Source: Sphyrna mokarran | Taxonomy: Eukaryota | DNA: 64,000 nt | Direction: 5' to 3' | Assembly (NCBI GenBank): GCA_024679065.1 | Contig: JAGIQG010000014.1 | Span: 19,034,001 to 19,098,000, forward strand | Shown: one piece after another, positions 11,482-24,169 of the stretch | Position numbering within the stretch: position 1 is the stretch's first letter | Layout: each line of letters starts with the position of its first letter | Translations under genes and position numbers: made by a program | The notes under the pieces: model-generated | Seen by the model: only the letters and a program-made list of their open reading frames with translations | Database searches by the model: none | What the model was told of the DNA's origin: nothing

Positions 11482-13428
11482 TTTTTTTTAAAATATTCAT
11501 TCATGGGATATGGCGTCGTTGGCTGGCCAGCATTTATTGCCCATCCCCAGGTGTCCTTGAGAAGGCGCTGGTCAGCTGCCTTCTTGAATCGCTCCAGACA
11601 ATGTTCTGTGGGTTGATCCACAATGTCATTAGGAGGGAATTCCAGGATTTTGATCCAGCAACTGTGAAGGAATGGTGATACATTTCCAAGTCAGGATGGT
11701 GAGAGGCTTGGAGGAAAACTTGCAGGTGGTGGTGTTCCCATTTATCTGCTGCACTTGTCCTTCTGGGTGGAAATGGTCTTAGGTTTGGAAGGTGCTGTCT
11801 AAGGATCTTTAGTGAATTGCTGCAATGCATCTTGTAAATAATACACACTGCTGCATCTGAGTATCAGTGATGGAAGGATTGAATGTTTGTAGATGTGGTG
11901 CCAGTCAAACAGGCTGCTTTGTCTTGCATTGTGTCAAGCTTCTTGAGTGTTGTTGGAGCTGCACCCATCCAGACAAGTGAGGAGTATTCCATCACACTCC
12001 TACTTGGGCCCTGTAGATGGTGGATAGGGTTGGGGAATCAGTAGGAGAGTTACTTGCTGTAGTATTCCTAGCCGCTGAACTACTCTTGTAGCCATTGTGT
12101 TAATGTGGTGAGTCCATTGAGATTCTGGTCAATAGTAACCTCAAGAATTATGACAGTGGGGGATTCAGTGATGGTTACACCACTGAATATCAAGGGTGGT
12201 GGTTAGAGTGTCTCTTATTGGTGATGATTATTGCCTGGCATTTGTGTGGCACGAATGTTACTTGCCACTTGTCAGCCCCAGCCCACGGTCTTGTTGAATT
12301 TGAATATGAACTGCTTCAGTATTTGAGGAGTCGCAATGGTGCTGAACATTGCGCAATCATCCCTGCTTCTGACCTTATGATGGAGGGAAGGTCATCAACG
12401 AAGCAGTTGAAGATTGTGGCGCCTAGGACACTACCTTGGGGGACTCCTGCAGAGATGTCCTGGAACTGAGATACCTGATGCTCTACAACCACAACCATCT
12501 TCACAGGCATGAGTCCAACCAGTGGAAAATTTGCCGCCGATATCCAATGATTCCAGTTCTGCTAGGGCTCTTTGATGCCACACTCAGTCAAAGTGGCCTT
12601 GGTGTCAAGGGCTGTTACTCTCACCTCACCTCCGGAATTCAGCTCTTTTGTCCATGTTTGAACCAAGGCTGTAATGAGATCAGGAGCTGAGTGCAAAATC
12701 CAAATTGGGCATCAGCAGGCTATTGCTGAACAGGTGTTGCTTGATAGTGCCGTCGATGATCCCTTCCATCACTTTACTGATGATCGAGAGTAGACTGATT
12801 GGGCGGTAATTGGCCAGTTTGGATTTGTGCTGCTTTTTGTGTACAGGATGTACCTGGGTAATTTTCTAATTGCAACATTGGGTAGATGCCAATGTTGCAA
12901 TTGTACTGGAAGAGCTTGGCTAGGGGAGCGACAAGTTCTAGAGCACAAGTCTTCAGTACTATTGCTAGAATGTTATCAAGACCCATTGCCTTTGCAGCAT
13001 CCACTGCCTCCAACCATTTCTTGATATTATGTGGAGTGAATTGAATTGCCTGGAGGTTGGCATCTGAGATGCTAGGGAACATTGGAGGAGGCTGAGATGA
13101 AACATCCACTTGGCAATTCTGGCTGAAGATTGTTGCAAATACAATCTATTGCACTGACGTGCTGGGCTTCACCATCTTTTAGGATAGGGATATTTGTGAA
13201 ACCTCCTCCTCCAGTGAATTGTTTAATTGTCCACTACATTCACAACTGGGATGTGGTAGGACTGCAAAGCTTAGATCTGATCTGTTGGTTAGCTTAATTC
13301 CATCCATCACTTGCTATTTTTGTCATTTGGCATGTAAGTAGTCCTGTTTTGTAACGTCACCAGGTTGACACCTCAGTTTTAGGTTTGCCTGGTGCTGCTC
13401 CTGGCATGCCTTCCTGCACTCTCTATTG
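11482..13428 (-). mobile_element. CR1/L2-group LINE (second clade), degenerate
   Basis: Peptides AGVPQGSVLG..FNCFVDDLPS and KAMGLDNILAIVLKTCALELVAPLAKLFQ; 3' end gggatgggcaataaatgctggccagcc with poly(A). Confidence 0.85.
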
Positions 13429-13429
13429 C

Positions 13430-13550
13430 AATCTTGGAATGAGCAGGAGCCATATCGAGCTGTGACATAACCAGAAAGAATGCTTTCCACCTGTAAAAGT
13501 TGGTGAGAATTGTAGCAGACATGCCAACTTTCCATAGTCTTCTGAGAAAG
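13430..13550 (-). mobile_element. Rex1-like LINE internal fragment
   Basis: Peptide VESILSGYVTARYGSCS matches the Rex-type ESILxGCITAWYG motif. Confidence 0.65.
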
Positions 13551-13830
13551 TAGTGTCATAAGTAAGCTTACATTAACACTGCGATGAAGTTACTGAGAAA
13601 ATTCCCTAATCGTCACACTTCATTCCCTATTTGGGTACACTGAGAGAGAATTTAGCACAGCAAATACACCTAACCAACATGTCTTTGGACTGAGGGAGGA
13701 AATCAAAGCACCCCATTGGAACTCACGCAGACACAGAGAGAACGTGCTGACTCTGCACAGATAAGGCTGGGAATCGAACCCAGGTCGCTGACACTGTAAG
13801 GCAGCAGTGCTAACCACTGTGCCACCATGC
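13551..13830 (-). mobile_element. V-SINE (HE1-type tRNA head and V domain, non-CR1 tail)
   Basis: Reverse complement gtggcacagtggttagcactgctgcc...gggttcgattcc (A and B boxes); tail gtaacttcatcgcagtgttaatgtaagcttacttatgacact. Confidence 0.88.
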
Positions 13831-14257
13831 CTGCCTTCAGGGAACAGTGATTTTGTACAGTTACAAACTGTCCACCTGGTGCAGTATTTATTCCATTTCT
13901 GGGTTAATGACAGGACCTTGATGTTTCTAGAGGTCAGTAAAGTGCAGGAAAAGTCAAATGTTGATTGCTTTCAAATCTGCCGTATCTGTTTTGTCCAATT
14001 TTGCAGATCCAGTGATGGTGTTCGGTGAATGCACAGCAGCTGGGTACCATTTACAAAGCTCACAGTAAATTCTGTGATGGCCTCAGATGGTTCATGCTGA
14101 AAATCTGCAAAACAGCTGTTGGGAAAGCAGCATTTTATTGACTCACGAAAACACAGAGCATACAGATCATAGTCAGCTGCTTCAATAGGAAGATTATGAT
14201 CCCAACAAACTCACCTTTCTGCCTGAAGGATGGCATATCGTCACAAGGGACTCTTGC

Positions 14258-14447
14258 TATTTAATGACATTCACTTAAAGGACCCTGCTGGTGTGACTTA
14301 TTAAGTGCCAAAAAGTATATATTTACTTATTCAGCTGCCTTGTTGGTAATTAATTTTGCATTAATGGTGTGTCATGGACCTGCGCATTGAAATGGTGAAA
14401 GGATATAGCTTCTTCCTATATTAATATGTTCATTGTTCTGTACTTTG
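14258..14447 (+). repeat. Left arm of a ~190 bp inverted duplication (partner 17657-17847)
   Basis: Hand alignment: about 13 differences over the 158 nt core 14261-14417, including a 39 nt identical run. Confidence 0.95.
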
Positions 14448-14764
14448 AGAGTTTTTTTAATGCTTAGAAAGCTGCTTTTTTATTAATACCAGGGAGTGAA
14501 ATAATTTGGTATATTTTTGCACTAAGGAAACCAATTGTAATAGATTATTGATATTAAATACCTACATTCTTACTTCCAATATCTGTCATGAAACTTATAT
14601 TAACAGAATTTATTGATTACGCTGTTCCCCCTCCCCATCCCCTCAGAACCAAGAATATTAGGGGGGAAATCATGCCCACTCTGAGCATATATCAAGAAAT
14701 ATTTCCATGAAAAATGAAAAATTACTTATTATAAACTTTATATCATTTAGTTCTTTATATAATT

Positions 14765-14860
14765 GGTTTCTCTCTCCACAGATGCTGCCGGAGCTGTTGA
14801 GTTTTTCCAGCATTTTCTGTTATTATTTCAACTTTCTAGCAGTATTTTGCTTTTATTTCA
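14765..14860 (+). mobile_element. Short interspersed repeat end (probably Penelope-type terminal repeat)
   Basis: tctctccacagatgctgcc...tttttccagcattttctg...gcagtattttgctttt, also present at 51740-51840. Confidence 0.6.
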
Positions 14861-15127
14861 GACAATTAAAATTATGCCCTATATTTTGCGAGTGACATAG
14901 ACCAATTGCTTTCCATATGTGCGTCATTAGTTCATGATTCCTCAGCTTTTTTCAACTCTATTTTCAGTGGCACTAATGAATCAATATCAACTCAACAAGG
15001 GAGCACAGTCTTTTGTCTCATTGAGATGTGTAGATACATACCATGTAAAATCAAGGTCATACATTGGGAAATTTCTTCTCTTTTGCATTTCACTGTAAAT
15101 AATTGCCTCAGAGAGGTGCATCAAGGA

Positions 15128-15250
15128 CCTTTTTTTTTTAATTCGTTCATGGGGTGTGGTTGGCAAGGCCAACATTTGTTGTCCATTTCCAATTGCCCCT
15201 GAACTAACTGAATGAATCACAATGCCATTTCCGAGGGTAAGTGGAATCAC
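15128..15250 (-). mobile_element. 3' end of tRNA-derived SINE or its partner LINE
   Basis: Poly(T) then ttcatggggtgtggttggcaaggccaacatttgttgtccat, like 11490-11545. Confidence 0.6.
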
Positions 15251-15254
15251 AATC

Positions 15255-16020
15255 TCTCTGTCTACTCTATCATAGTTTTAAAGAAACAACAGCCTAAGCT
15301 TTCACTTTTCCAGAATAAGGAGACCTAGACTGTTCATTCTTTTCTGATAGATAGAATCACACCGCATCCTTGTAAATGTTTTTGCAGCCCGTGCAAAGTT
15401 GTTCTATTTGTTTTACAATTTGATGTGCAGAAATATACACAACCAAGCATGGGTCAATCAAGGCTTGATGCATGACTTCTCTATTTTTCAATTCTATCCT
15501 TCTAATTAGCCCATTGTGCTTTGCTTGTTTTTGTACTCACCTTATCAAACTGCAATGCAACTTTCAATCATTTATGTATTTGCATTCACTGATTCCTTTG
15601 CTTCTCTAGTATATAGATTCTTTTCCAAGTAATATATGATTTTTTTAACCAAAATATAATATTTAATAATTTATATATGTTTGCCAATCAAATGCCCATT
15701 CTGCAAGATTATTAATACTTTTGTGTAACTTTTTGCAGTTTTCCTTAGTGTTGACTATTTCTCGCCATTTGATCCACACAGTTAGAAACTGTGTGTTCTG
15801 GCTTCCAAGGTCTAAATCGCTAACACAGATTGTGAGGAAATACTGACCCCAGCATTGACCCTTCTAACACATGACTCTTCACTTCCACCATTCTGAAGAG
15901 CCATCTTTTCCTAATATCAAACCAGCTCACCAGCTGTCCATTCTGATGCTTATCCCCTGGGTCGGCCTGCTCTACCTTCAAACATTCATCCATTGTGCAG
16001 TACTTTATTGAAGATTTTTT
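15255..16020 (-). mobile_element. Very old CR1 LINE remnant
   Basis: Degenerate similarity to CR1 RT region (catccttgtaaat, cagaaatatacaca, gaccccagcattgaccctt). Confidence 0.5.
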
Positions 16021-16754
16021 AAATGAAATTTAGAATATCTGTTACTTTATCACTTGAGAAAAACACCTCATTATATCAAAATAATTCAAAATTCATTTCA
16101 TAATGTATTATTTTTGAAGTGCTGTCACTAGTGTGGCAAGAAGGCAAATGACCAGTTAATGAAATGCAAAAAAAAGCTTTGTGAGCATCAAAATCAATGT
16201 AAGTTGTTTTAAAAGTGGCGCAAATCAAAGGATAAATTTTTACTTGAGCAAAAGCGAAGAATGTGTGATGTGGGTTGGAAGCCAGTTTTATATCCTTTCT
16301 GTATTTTTTTTAAGTTAGTGAACATAAAATTTAGAGACATAAAAAGGGCCATCAACTCTCTATTGATGGTTTTACATTATTGCACTAAGTCAAGGTCTAC
16401 ACCTAAAGGTAAAGTCAATGTAATGTGAAAAATAATAATTGTTAATCTAAATTTTACTAATTTTACATTCAATCTCAGGTCATCTTTAACTGCAAGTAAG
16501 ATCTGGCAGAGAGTAGAAAGGATCCATTGGGGGAAATGGTCTTCTGAACAGAGTAGTAAAGTAGAAACACCAGAATAGAGAAAATGGCTTGGTGCAATAT
16601 GCAGTTTTTTAATGATCTCCAAGTGCATGTGGAGCAAAGCTAGGAATCAAGATGTTCAAGGCTAACTTCAATGGGGTTGTCCCTTTAACATAACATATGG
16701 GGGAAGAGGCAAGATGGTGAGATTGCTCCTTTGGTATAATGTATGAATGCATGG

Positions 16755-17470
16755 TGTCAGTCATGACTTAGCTGATAACACTCTATGTTCTGAGTAACAT
16801 GTTCCTTACTCATGTCCAACTCCAGTTCAAAAATCAAGGCTTGACACTGAGGGTGTCCTGCACTGTCAGAGGTTCTATATTTTAGCTGAGATGGTAAACA
16901 GACAGTCCCTACGCATTAATGGAGAATTCACTCCACATGTAGTGGCCAATGTATATCTCAGTCAATGTCACAGGAATCAAGTTATCTGGCCATTATCCCA
17001 TTGCTGTTTGTGGGGTCTGGCAATACACAACAGTGGGTTCGACTTCAAAAGTACTTCATTGACTGTAAATCATTTTGACAAATGCTGTATTCACAGAATT
17101 ATTACAGCACAAAAGGAGGCTATTCAGCCTGACATGCCTGTGCTGGCTCTTCGAAGGAGCAATTCACTTAGTGCAGTGTCCCCCCACCTTCTCCTCATAG
17201 CCCTGCAGATTCTACTTTTTCAGCTAGTGATTCAATTACTTCTCGAATGCCTGAATTGAACCTGTCTCTATCACATTCTCAGGTCACATATTCTAGATCC
17301 CATTGCATGAAAAAGCTTTTCCTCAAATTACCATTGTTTCTTTTAATAAATCTGTGTCCTCTTGTTCTTGATCCTTTTACCAGTGGGAACAGCTTTCTCC
17401 TCTCTACTCAGCCCAGACCTCTCATGATTTTCAATACCTCTATCACAAACAATATGAATGCAAGTCTTTT
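16755..17470 (+). mobile_element. Deu-domain SINE interrupted by a CR1 3' fragment
   Basis: ttatctggccattatcccattgctgtttgtggg and cttcaaaagtacttcattgactgtaaa; terminal tatgaatgcaagtctttt resumes at about 17453. Confidence 0.7.
17092..17445 (-). mobile_element. CR1 LINE 3' fragment
   Basis: acagcacaaaaggaggctattcagcc 3' UTR hairpin; cctctcatgattttcaatacctctat coding end. Confidence 0.75.
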
Positions 17471-17656
17471 TTTCAAATTTCATTAGACGGGTCCGTAGAG
17501 TGCAGTTAATTCAAGCGCCTGTTTTATTTTTCATTTCTCAATCGATAATCCATTATGATTATTGATTGATTTGTGTGGCATATGCTCCAACTGTTTATTT
17601 CATTCCTAAAATGGAACAGGAAAAAGCAACTAAACATAAAATACAACCAATCCCCT

Positions 17657-17847
17657 ACAAAATGCAGGCAGTAAACAAAATTAGAAAGGAGGAAGTTATA
17701 TGCTTTCACCTTTTTAATGCACTGGTCCATGACACACCATTAATGCAAAATTAATTACCAACGAGGTAGTTGAATAAGTAAATATATATTTTTCTGGCAC
17801 TTAATAAGTCACACCAACAGGGTCCTTTAAGTGAATGTCATTAAGTA
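17657..17847 (-). repeat. Right arm of inverted duplication (partner 14258-14447)
   Basis: Reverse complement aligns to the left arm at about 92 percent in the core. Confidence 0.95.
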
Positions 17848-18349
17848 CCAGTGACACTCTGGTGCCTTATGTAAATTATTAATAAATAATAAATAGCTTT
17901 TGGGCAGCAGTAAGATGAATGTGTTGCACAGTTACTAAATGCATATAGCAGAATTGTGATAATCATCAATCATTTAAACTTTGCCTATTAATTTTTTCAT
18001 AACCTGATGTTGTATGCTCATAGGAATTATGCAACAGCAAAACTCAGCTCACTGGTGTGTATGAACAATTATACATGGCCCTATGCCCAAACCAATCCTA
18101 TCATGCATTATTCACCAATAAAGCACATCGGTTTCAATTAACTTGCACTCGACACTGAATGACTTACTTAAATCAAGGGCCTTTGTGCTTACAGAATTGT
18201 GGAACCCAGGCAATGGCAATAAAGCAGTATACATTTAGCATGGACTTCAGTACACCAGGGATCTTGAGCTGAAACAAAAGGTGAGGGTGGTGCATGCTTG
18301 ATTAAAACTCTAGATTAGGACCAGCTTCATGTGTAAATGCATTCGTGCT

Positions 18350-18525
18350 TGACCCATTCATTCAAGGCAGAGATTGAGAGGTTTTTCAATAAGAAGGGGT
18401 AGAGGGATAGGGTGGGAAGTTGGAATTGATGTAGGAGATCATTTCAGATGTATTGAATGACAAAGAAGGCTCAAATGGCCAATTAACCGACTTCTGATTC
18501 TATTTCTTCCGGTCGAATGTTCTTA
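18350..18525 (+). mobile_element. CR1 3' end
   Basis: ttcaaggcagagattgagaggttttt...ggctcaaatggcc...atgttctta. Confidence 0.65.
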
Positions 18526-18726
18526 ATAGTGCAGATTCTGATCACTCTGTCCTTTAATGCCATGATCATACCACCATCTTTGGGAAACACTATTTTATAC
18601 TCTGTCGATAATTGATCCCAGCAGCAGAATATGAAAGTTTATCGCAGGGTGGAATCTTACGTTCTGAATTCTAGCTTGATGCTGGATGGCTGACCACACG
18701 TGACCTTGTGCTGACCAATTCATTAA

Positions 18727-18830
18727 GAACATAAGAATTAAGAGCAGGACTACGCCAGCTAGCTCTTCGAGCCTGCCCCGCCATTCAATAAGATCATGGC
18801 TGATCTGAAGGAGATCTGTTCCATTTTCCT
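18727..18830 (-). mobile_element. CR1 3' UTR fragment
   Basis: aagaacataagaa tail and ccattcaataagatcatggctgatct, the reverse complement of 20300-20390-type ends. Confidence 0.7.
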
Positions 18831-18919
18831 GCTTTTCCCCCATTATGTACGCATCCATACAGAGCAACCTCACAGGGTTGAAAGTATATTTAAAGGGCAA
18901 CAGGCGGCCTCCCTATTTC

Positions 18920-19125
18920 TATTGGAGCCTTATTTAGGCCATACCAGGTCAGAGCGACAGATTTCCTTCCCTGAAGGACATTAGCGAACCAGCTGGATTT
19001 TTATAACAATCAACAATGGTTTCATAGTCGTCATTGGACTTTTGGCCACAGTTTTGTTTTCCCAGTTTCAAATTTCACCATCTGCTGTGGTGGGATTCAA
19101 ACTCTGGTCCCCAGAGCATTACTCA
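18920..19125 (-). mobile_element. tRNA-derived SINE fragment (family of 30155 and 55101)
   Basis: cagatttccttccctgaaggacattagcgaaccag and aaatttcaccatctgctgtggtgggattcaaac. Confidence 0.7.
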
Positions 19126-19404
19126 CTGCCTCTCCCTCACCTTTAGCTTTCCTCACAGATTCAGTCTGTACTCTACCAATACGGTCTACCCCTCCCCTTC
19201 CTATTCCCTGCCTTTGTCCAGCTTAAGCTACTGATACCCAGTTTCAGTTACATTGAGGGGTCCCCAAAAAATGATAGAAGTCTCTACTTACCTCAAAGTC
19301 ATAGAAAAAGCCAAGCTTATCAGTTGTAAATGCGAATGTTTTAATTCCTCACAGGGAATTGCTGCTGAACTATCTTGAAGCTAATTATTATCAGACAGTT
19401 AATT

Positions 19405-19720
19405 CCACAGGCTGGCCACTCTCTGGGTGAATGAATTTCTCCTCATCTCTGTCCTAAATGGTCTACCCTGTAACCTCAGACTGTGGGCTGTGGTTCTGGA
19501 CACCCCAATCATTGGAAATATCTTTCCCGCATCGATACTACATACTCCTGTTAGAATGTTATAGGTTTCTGTGAGGTCTCCAGCGGGTGAGGTATTCCAG
19601 TGAATGCAATCCTAACCAACTCAATCTCTCCTCTTATGTCAGTCCTACCATCCCAAGAATCAATCTAGTAAACCTTCTCTGCACTCCCTCTGTAGTATGA
19701 GCATCCTTCCTCAGATGAGC
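19405..19720 (-). mobile_element. CR1 fragment
   Basis: ccactctctgggtgaatgaatttctcctc and caatctagtaaaccttctctgcactccct are CR1 ORF2 C-terminal signatures. Confidence 0.75.
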
Positions 19721-20002
19721 AATACTTACAAGTGAAAAAAAATCATTTAATAACCTGATAAAACTCTAATTAAAATCTCTGACATTGAAACTGCAAAAAA
19801 AAACTATGGGCCTGTAGAGAAAGGTTTCATTGCTTAAGTGACCATTAGGCTGTCTAAACAAACAACCATATATTCAGCAACAATATTAAAGGCAAATTAT
19901 GATATCCAAACCTCTGAAAGCTGCCAATCACTGAGCTACATCAACAGAGCTGAGTATTCCATAAGCTTTTAGAACTCAGCCAGGTATTCAAGGGATCTTA
20001 GA

Positions 20003-20392
20003 GAGACTTCAAGATAATGAAGGGGCTAGATAGGATAGAGGCAGAGAGATTCTTCCTACTTAGAAAGGATAGCAGAACTAGAGGACACAGCCTCAAAATA
20101 AGGGAGGGACAGGCAGTTTAGAACAGAATTGAGGAGGAACTTCTTCACTCAAAAGGTGGTGAATCTCTGGAATTCTCTGCCCGTTGAAGTGGTGGAGGCT
20201 ACCTCGCTGAATATATTTAAGTTATGGGTAGATAGGTTTCTGATAGACAAGGGAATTAAGGGTTATGGGGGGAAAGCGGGAAAGTGGAATTGATCCACTT
20301 CAAATCAGCCATGATCTTATTGAATGGTGGGGCAGGCATAAGAAGCTAGATGGCCTACTCCTGCTCCTATTTCTTATGTTCTTATGTTCTTA
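20003..20392 (+). mobile_element. CR1 3' fragment
   Basis: Translates ETFKIMKGLDRI...TRGHSLK...RRNFFTQKVVNLWNSLP; tail (TTATGTTC)n. Confidence 0.9.
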
Positions 20393-20912
20393 TTTATAGT
20401 CATAGCTATCAAAGCAAATCATTAAAATTCCAGACAATACACGTGAAAAATCAAATGATATTTCATTTCCATTTTAAAGCTGAAACCTGTCACTCTATGG
20501 AGTGGGCACATGCTTTAAAGATATCTGAACATTTATATCTCAATCCAAAACATGACAGGGGAGTTTGCCAGCACATTTTTCTCCTGTTTGGAATGCATAT
20601 GGCACTTTCTCCATTGGGAAAAGTACTATTATTCATATCAACAGTTACATAATAGTAAAAACACATTTACCTTAACATGTAGCACTGAATACTGATATTT
20701 GAAGATGCTAAAACATGTAACAACTACTTGTCACAATGTTCCAGACTTCTCAAATGGTCTACCCTCAATGGTCATGCACTCAACAAGAAAGTGTATTTTT
20801 TGGCACTTCCAAAACACATATCCACACATGAAAATAGTGCGGGAAAATAAAATCACATTTTCCATGTTCCTCAAAATGGAGACCCCCAATCTCAAAAGAA
20901 TGCACGTGCATT

Positions 20913-21229
20913 TGGGGCAGCACAGTGGTACAGTGGTTAACACTTCTGCCTCACAGGGACCCCAGTTCAATTCTAGCCTCAGGTGACAGTGTGGAGTTTG
21001 AACATTTTCCATATTTGCATGGGTTTCCTTCAGGTGCTCCAGTTTTCTCCCGCAGTCCAAAGATGTGCGGATTAGGTTGGTTGGTCATGATAAACTACCT
21101 CATCACGTCAGGGGCACCAGCAGGGTAAATATGCAGTGTTAGGGGGTTAGGGCCTTAATGAGATTATCATTGGTGCGGACTCAATTGGCCAATTGGCCTC
21201 ATTTTGCACCATAGGGATTCTATGATTCT
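20913..21229 (+). mobile_element. HE1-type V-SINE with CR1-like tail
   Basis: tRNA-like head, V domain gggtttccttcaggtgctccagttttctcccgcagtccaaagatgtgc, tail gggattctatgattct. Confidence 0.88.
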
Positions 21230-21999
21230 GCACACAAGGTCTTCCCGACTTGTGAAAGGTCGCAAAAGGAAGGCGTGGGAAGACAGTGGAGAATTATTTT
21301 CCAGAGAAAGAAAAGGTTAAGTTCAGCCCTTCACGACCAGATTCATGCCTCCATAGGGAAATGAAAATCCAGCCTCATGACACCAAGTGCTAAATTTAAA
21401 TGGGTGACTGCACGCTGAGAAGATCTCACCCATGTCAGAGCTTTCAGTATAACATCAATTCTTGAAAGTATTTTCAGGGTAATGAAGCTTGTACAGACTT
21501 GTAGTGCAAACGATTTTATTTCACCTAAACTGATTTTACAGCTGTTACTTGCGAGTCACAAATTATTACTTGTATGTCAACACACAATTCCCTGTCCGTT
21601 CAGCTGGAAAAATATGGTATTATGAACTACTGACTTGACTGCTCCACCAAAGTCCAGCTGCAACCCATTTTTTTTTCAACTGCCTAGTGGAAATTGCAAT
21701 TAAAGGTGAGTCAGACAACGTTAGTTTTTTTTTCCAAAATGAAATATCTCGGCAAAAACTGGTAGCTTGATTGTTTATTGACAAAAGTCATTCAATTGGG
21801 CAGATGAATAACAATCCTGTCAAGAATCTTGACCTCTTGTCGAAGAGCTAGGCACCCGATTAGTACATTCGTCATTCTACTCTTCAGTCATGTGCGGCTT
21901 AAGCAATCCTTACAATTTCAAAAAAACCTATTTATTATTGTCAGTGCAATAGTGAAAGGAATAGCTGTCCTGACTCCAAAATAAATTAGTTAAGTTTAT

Positions 22000-22295
22000 A
22001 GTTTAAGTTCATTTATGAATCCACAAGTAGGCTTACATGAATATGCCAAAGCAGGCTCAAAGGACCAAATAGCCTCCTTCTGCTCCTACTTTCTATGTTC
22101 CTATGTTAACATTGCAATGAAGTTACTGTGAAAATCCCCTAGTAGCCACACTCTGGTGCCTGTTCGGATACCCTGAGGGAGAATCTTACTGTAGTCAATG
22201 CGCCTAACCACCATGTTTTTCAGACTGTGGGAAGAAACCAGACCACCCAAAGGAATTCCACGCAGATAAGGGGAGAATGTGCAGACTCCACACAA
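22000..22295 (-). mobile_element. V-SINE (non-CR1 tail) with a short CR1 3' end inserted at about 22045-22105
   Basis: cacaagtaggcttaca ... ttaacattgcaatgaagttactgtgaaaatcccctag is split by gcaggctcaaaggaccaaatagcctcc...ctatgttcctatg. Confidence 0.8.
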
Positions 22296-22862
22296 TTAGT
22301 AAATTAGCTCAAACTTTGCACCATAAAGTTGTGTTGTCCAAGTCTCACTGTAGAACCTCAAGACCCTACCTTTGGCTGATGCTGATGGGCAGGAACAAGG
22401 GAGTGCACTGTCAGAAGTGATGGATAGGAATTGTAGTGGGTGGAAAAGGACCATGCAAGAGTCCATTCGCCTCAAGCAGGATTTTCCAGTCTTGGGGCGA
22501 GCTTGGCCAGAAAATCCCTCCCAACATCTTTTGAATGAGATGTCAAAATCATAGGGTAAAGGGTTAACATCCAAAGCAGATACAACTATGACAGAATGAC
22601 ATATGTTTAAGATCTGGAGGGAAAGAGATGTCTAACTCCTGCAGAATTCATAAGATGTAGAGCTGTAAGTAAACAAGAATACTTCTTGTAAACTACAATC
22701 TAAATTAGTTTTATTAGGAAAGTAGATAAACCCTGAAGAACCTCTTGTAAGCTCCCATCACATGGCGAAATGTGGTGGTATTACACATGAGTTAAAGACT
22801 GTGCTTATCCCAAGACTAGGAAATCCTGTCTGAGGTCAACAAATCTTTGCATCACTCTGTCA

Positions 22863-22918
22863 TGGCAGAATTTTCCCATCCTGCTCTTGTAGCTAGCGAG
22901 ACGGGAAAATTCCACCCC
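22863..22918. mobile_element. Minimal MITE (TIR-only remnant)
   Basis: ggcagaattttcccatc ... gacgggaaaattccaccc form an imperfect palindrome. Confidence 0.65.
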
Positions 22919-23408
22919 ATGAAAATCTTCAAATAAAGACTGCAGACCTGACAGACCGACAGATACTTGGATGAAGGATGAAAAGAAAATGAATTGGAAA
23001 CTCACCTGAAAATTCAGAGGTTCAAGGATACAACAGATGCAAGCTGAGAGACAGATCAGGAGAATGGACAGCTGTGAGCACAGATCACAATCCACAAACA
23101 TCAATAACACTGAGAATAATCATGAGCCTACACTGCCACTCTCAGAACCATTCTGAAGTGCTGAAGGCTCACAAAGGGCTCAACACTGAGGCAAATGGAG
23201 AAAGAGGATTTCCAGATATTAAAGATCTTCAAGAAGGAACAAAGGATCAGGTCAGTGCTTTATACAACTGGAGCTATTTCCAGTGACAAAATAGCAAGTC
23301 AGAGAGTTGATGAGACTTCAAGCTCTGATGATGAAGTCCTCCAGGAATTCAATTCCTGTTTCAGCAATCACTAAAAAAATGAAATTCAATAAATGGAAAC
23401 AAAAACCA

Positions 23409-23597
23409 GGGTCAGGATTTATTGTGCATCCCACTGCGTATTTCACATGATCCACCATTGACTAGTGGCAAAATCTCCCAATTTTAATGGGGTTTCCCAT
23501 GTAATGCTCCTTTGTTGCCCAGGAACCCACACCAAGGTGCATATTCGGCAGGACAAGAAGATCTCACTAGTGTGAATAGCTGTAAATTGCCCGGCCA
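23409..23597. mobile_element. MITE inserted in Gypsy gag
   Basis: Ends gggtcaggattta ... taaattgcccggcc; interrupts the gag-like reading KQKPG|..DSFINDL. Confidence 0.6.
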
Positions 23598-24169
23598 GAA
23601 GTTTGCATGGATTCATTCATTAATGACTTGCACAGAGAATTGCTACTGCAGGATTCTGAGAGATGAATTAATATGCAATTGCAAAGTAGTTGGCCCTAGA
23701 TGAAACTCTTTCAGATCCCTTGTAAATGTGAAAAGGTTATAGCTCTTGCCAAGGCAATACAATTCACATGATAGAGTAGTGAAAGCAAAATAAAATTGTT
23801 ATTTATGGGGAAAGTGACATCATTTGGAAAATATGAAATAGGCCATTGGACAAGGAAGTGAAAGCACATCAAAACAAAAGTCAGCAAAATTGTGGAAACT
23901 TTTACCTCGAAATGCTATCAATGCAGTAGGAAAATACTGCACAAGTGGAATGATTGCCCAGAAGGGGCAGAAAAGTGCCACAACTGAGAAAATTAGGACA
24001 TTTTAAAGTTATCTACTGAGTACTCCAAGTAACTCTCAAAAAAGAAAAGAGAAAATGCCAAGTCCAAACCAAACACAACAAATGGAAAAACTACAGAAAA
24101 TAACAATTAACATTCCTGGGGAAATTAATGAAAGAGAAGATAATTACTAGAATATGAAATGAAAGTGAA

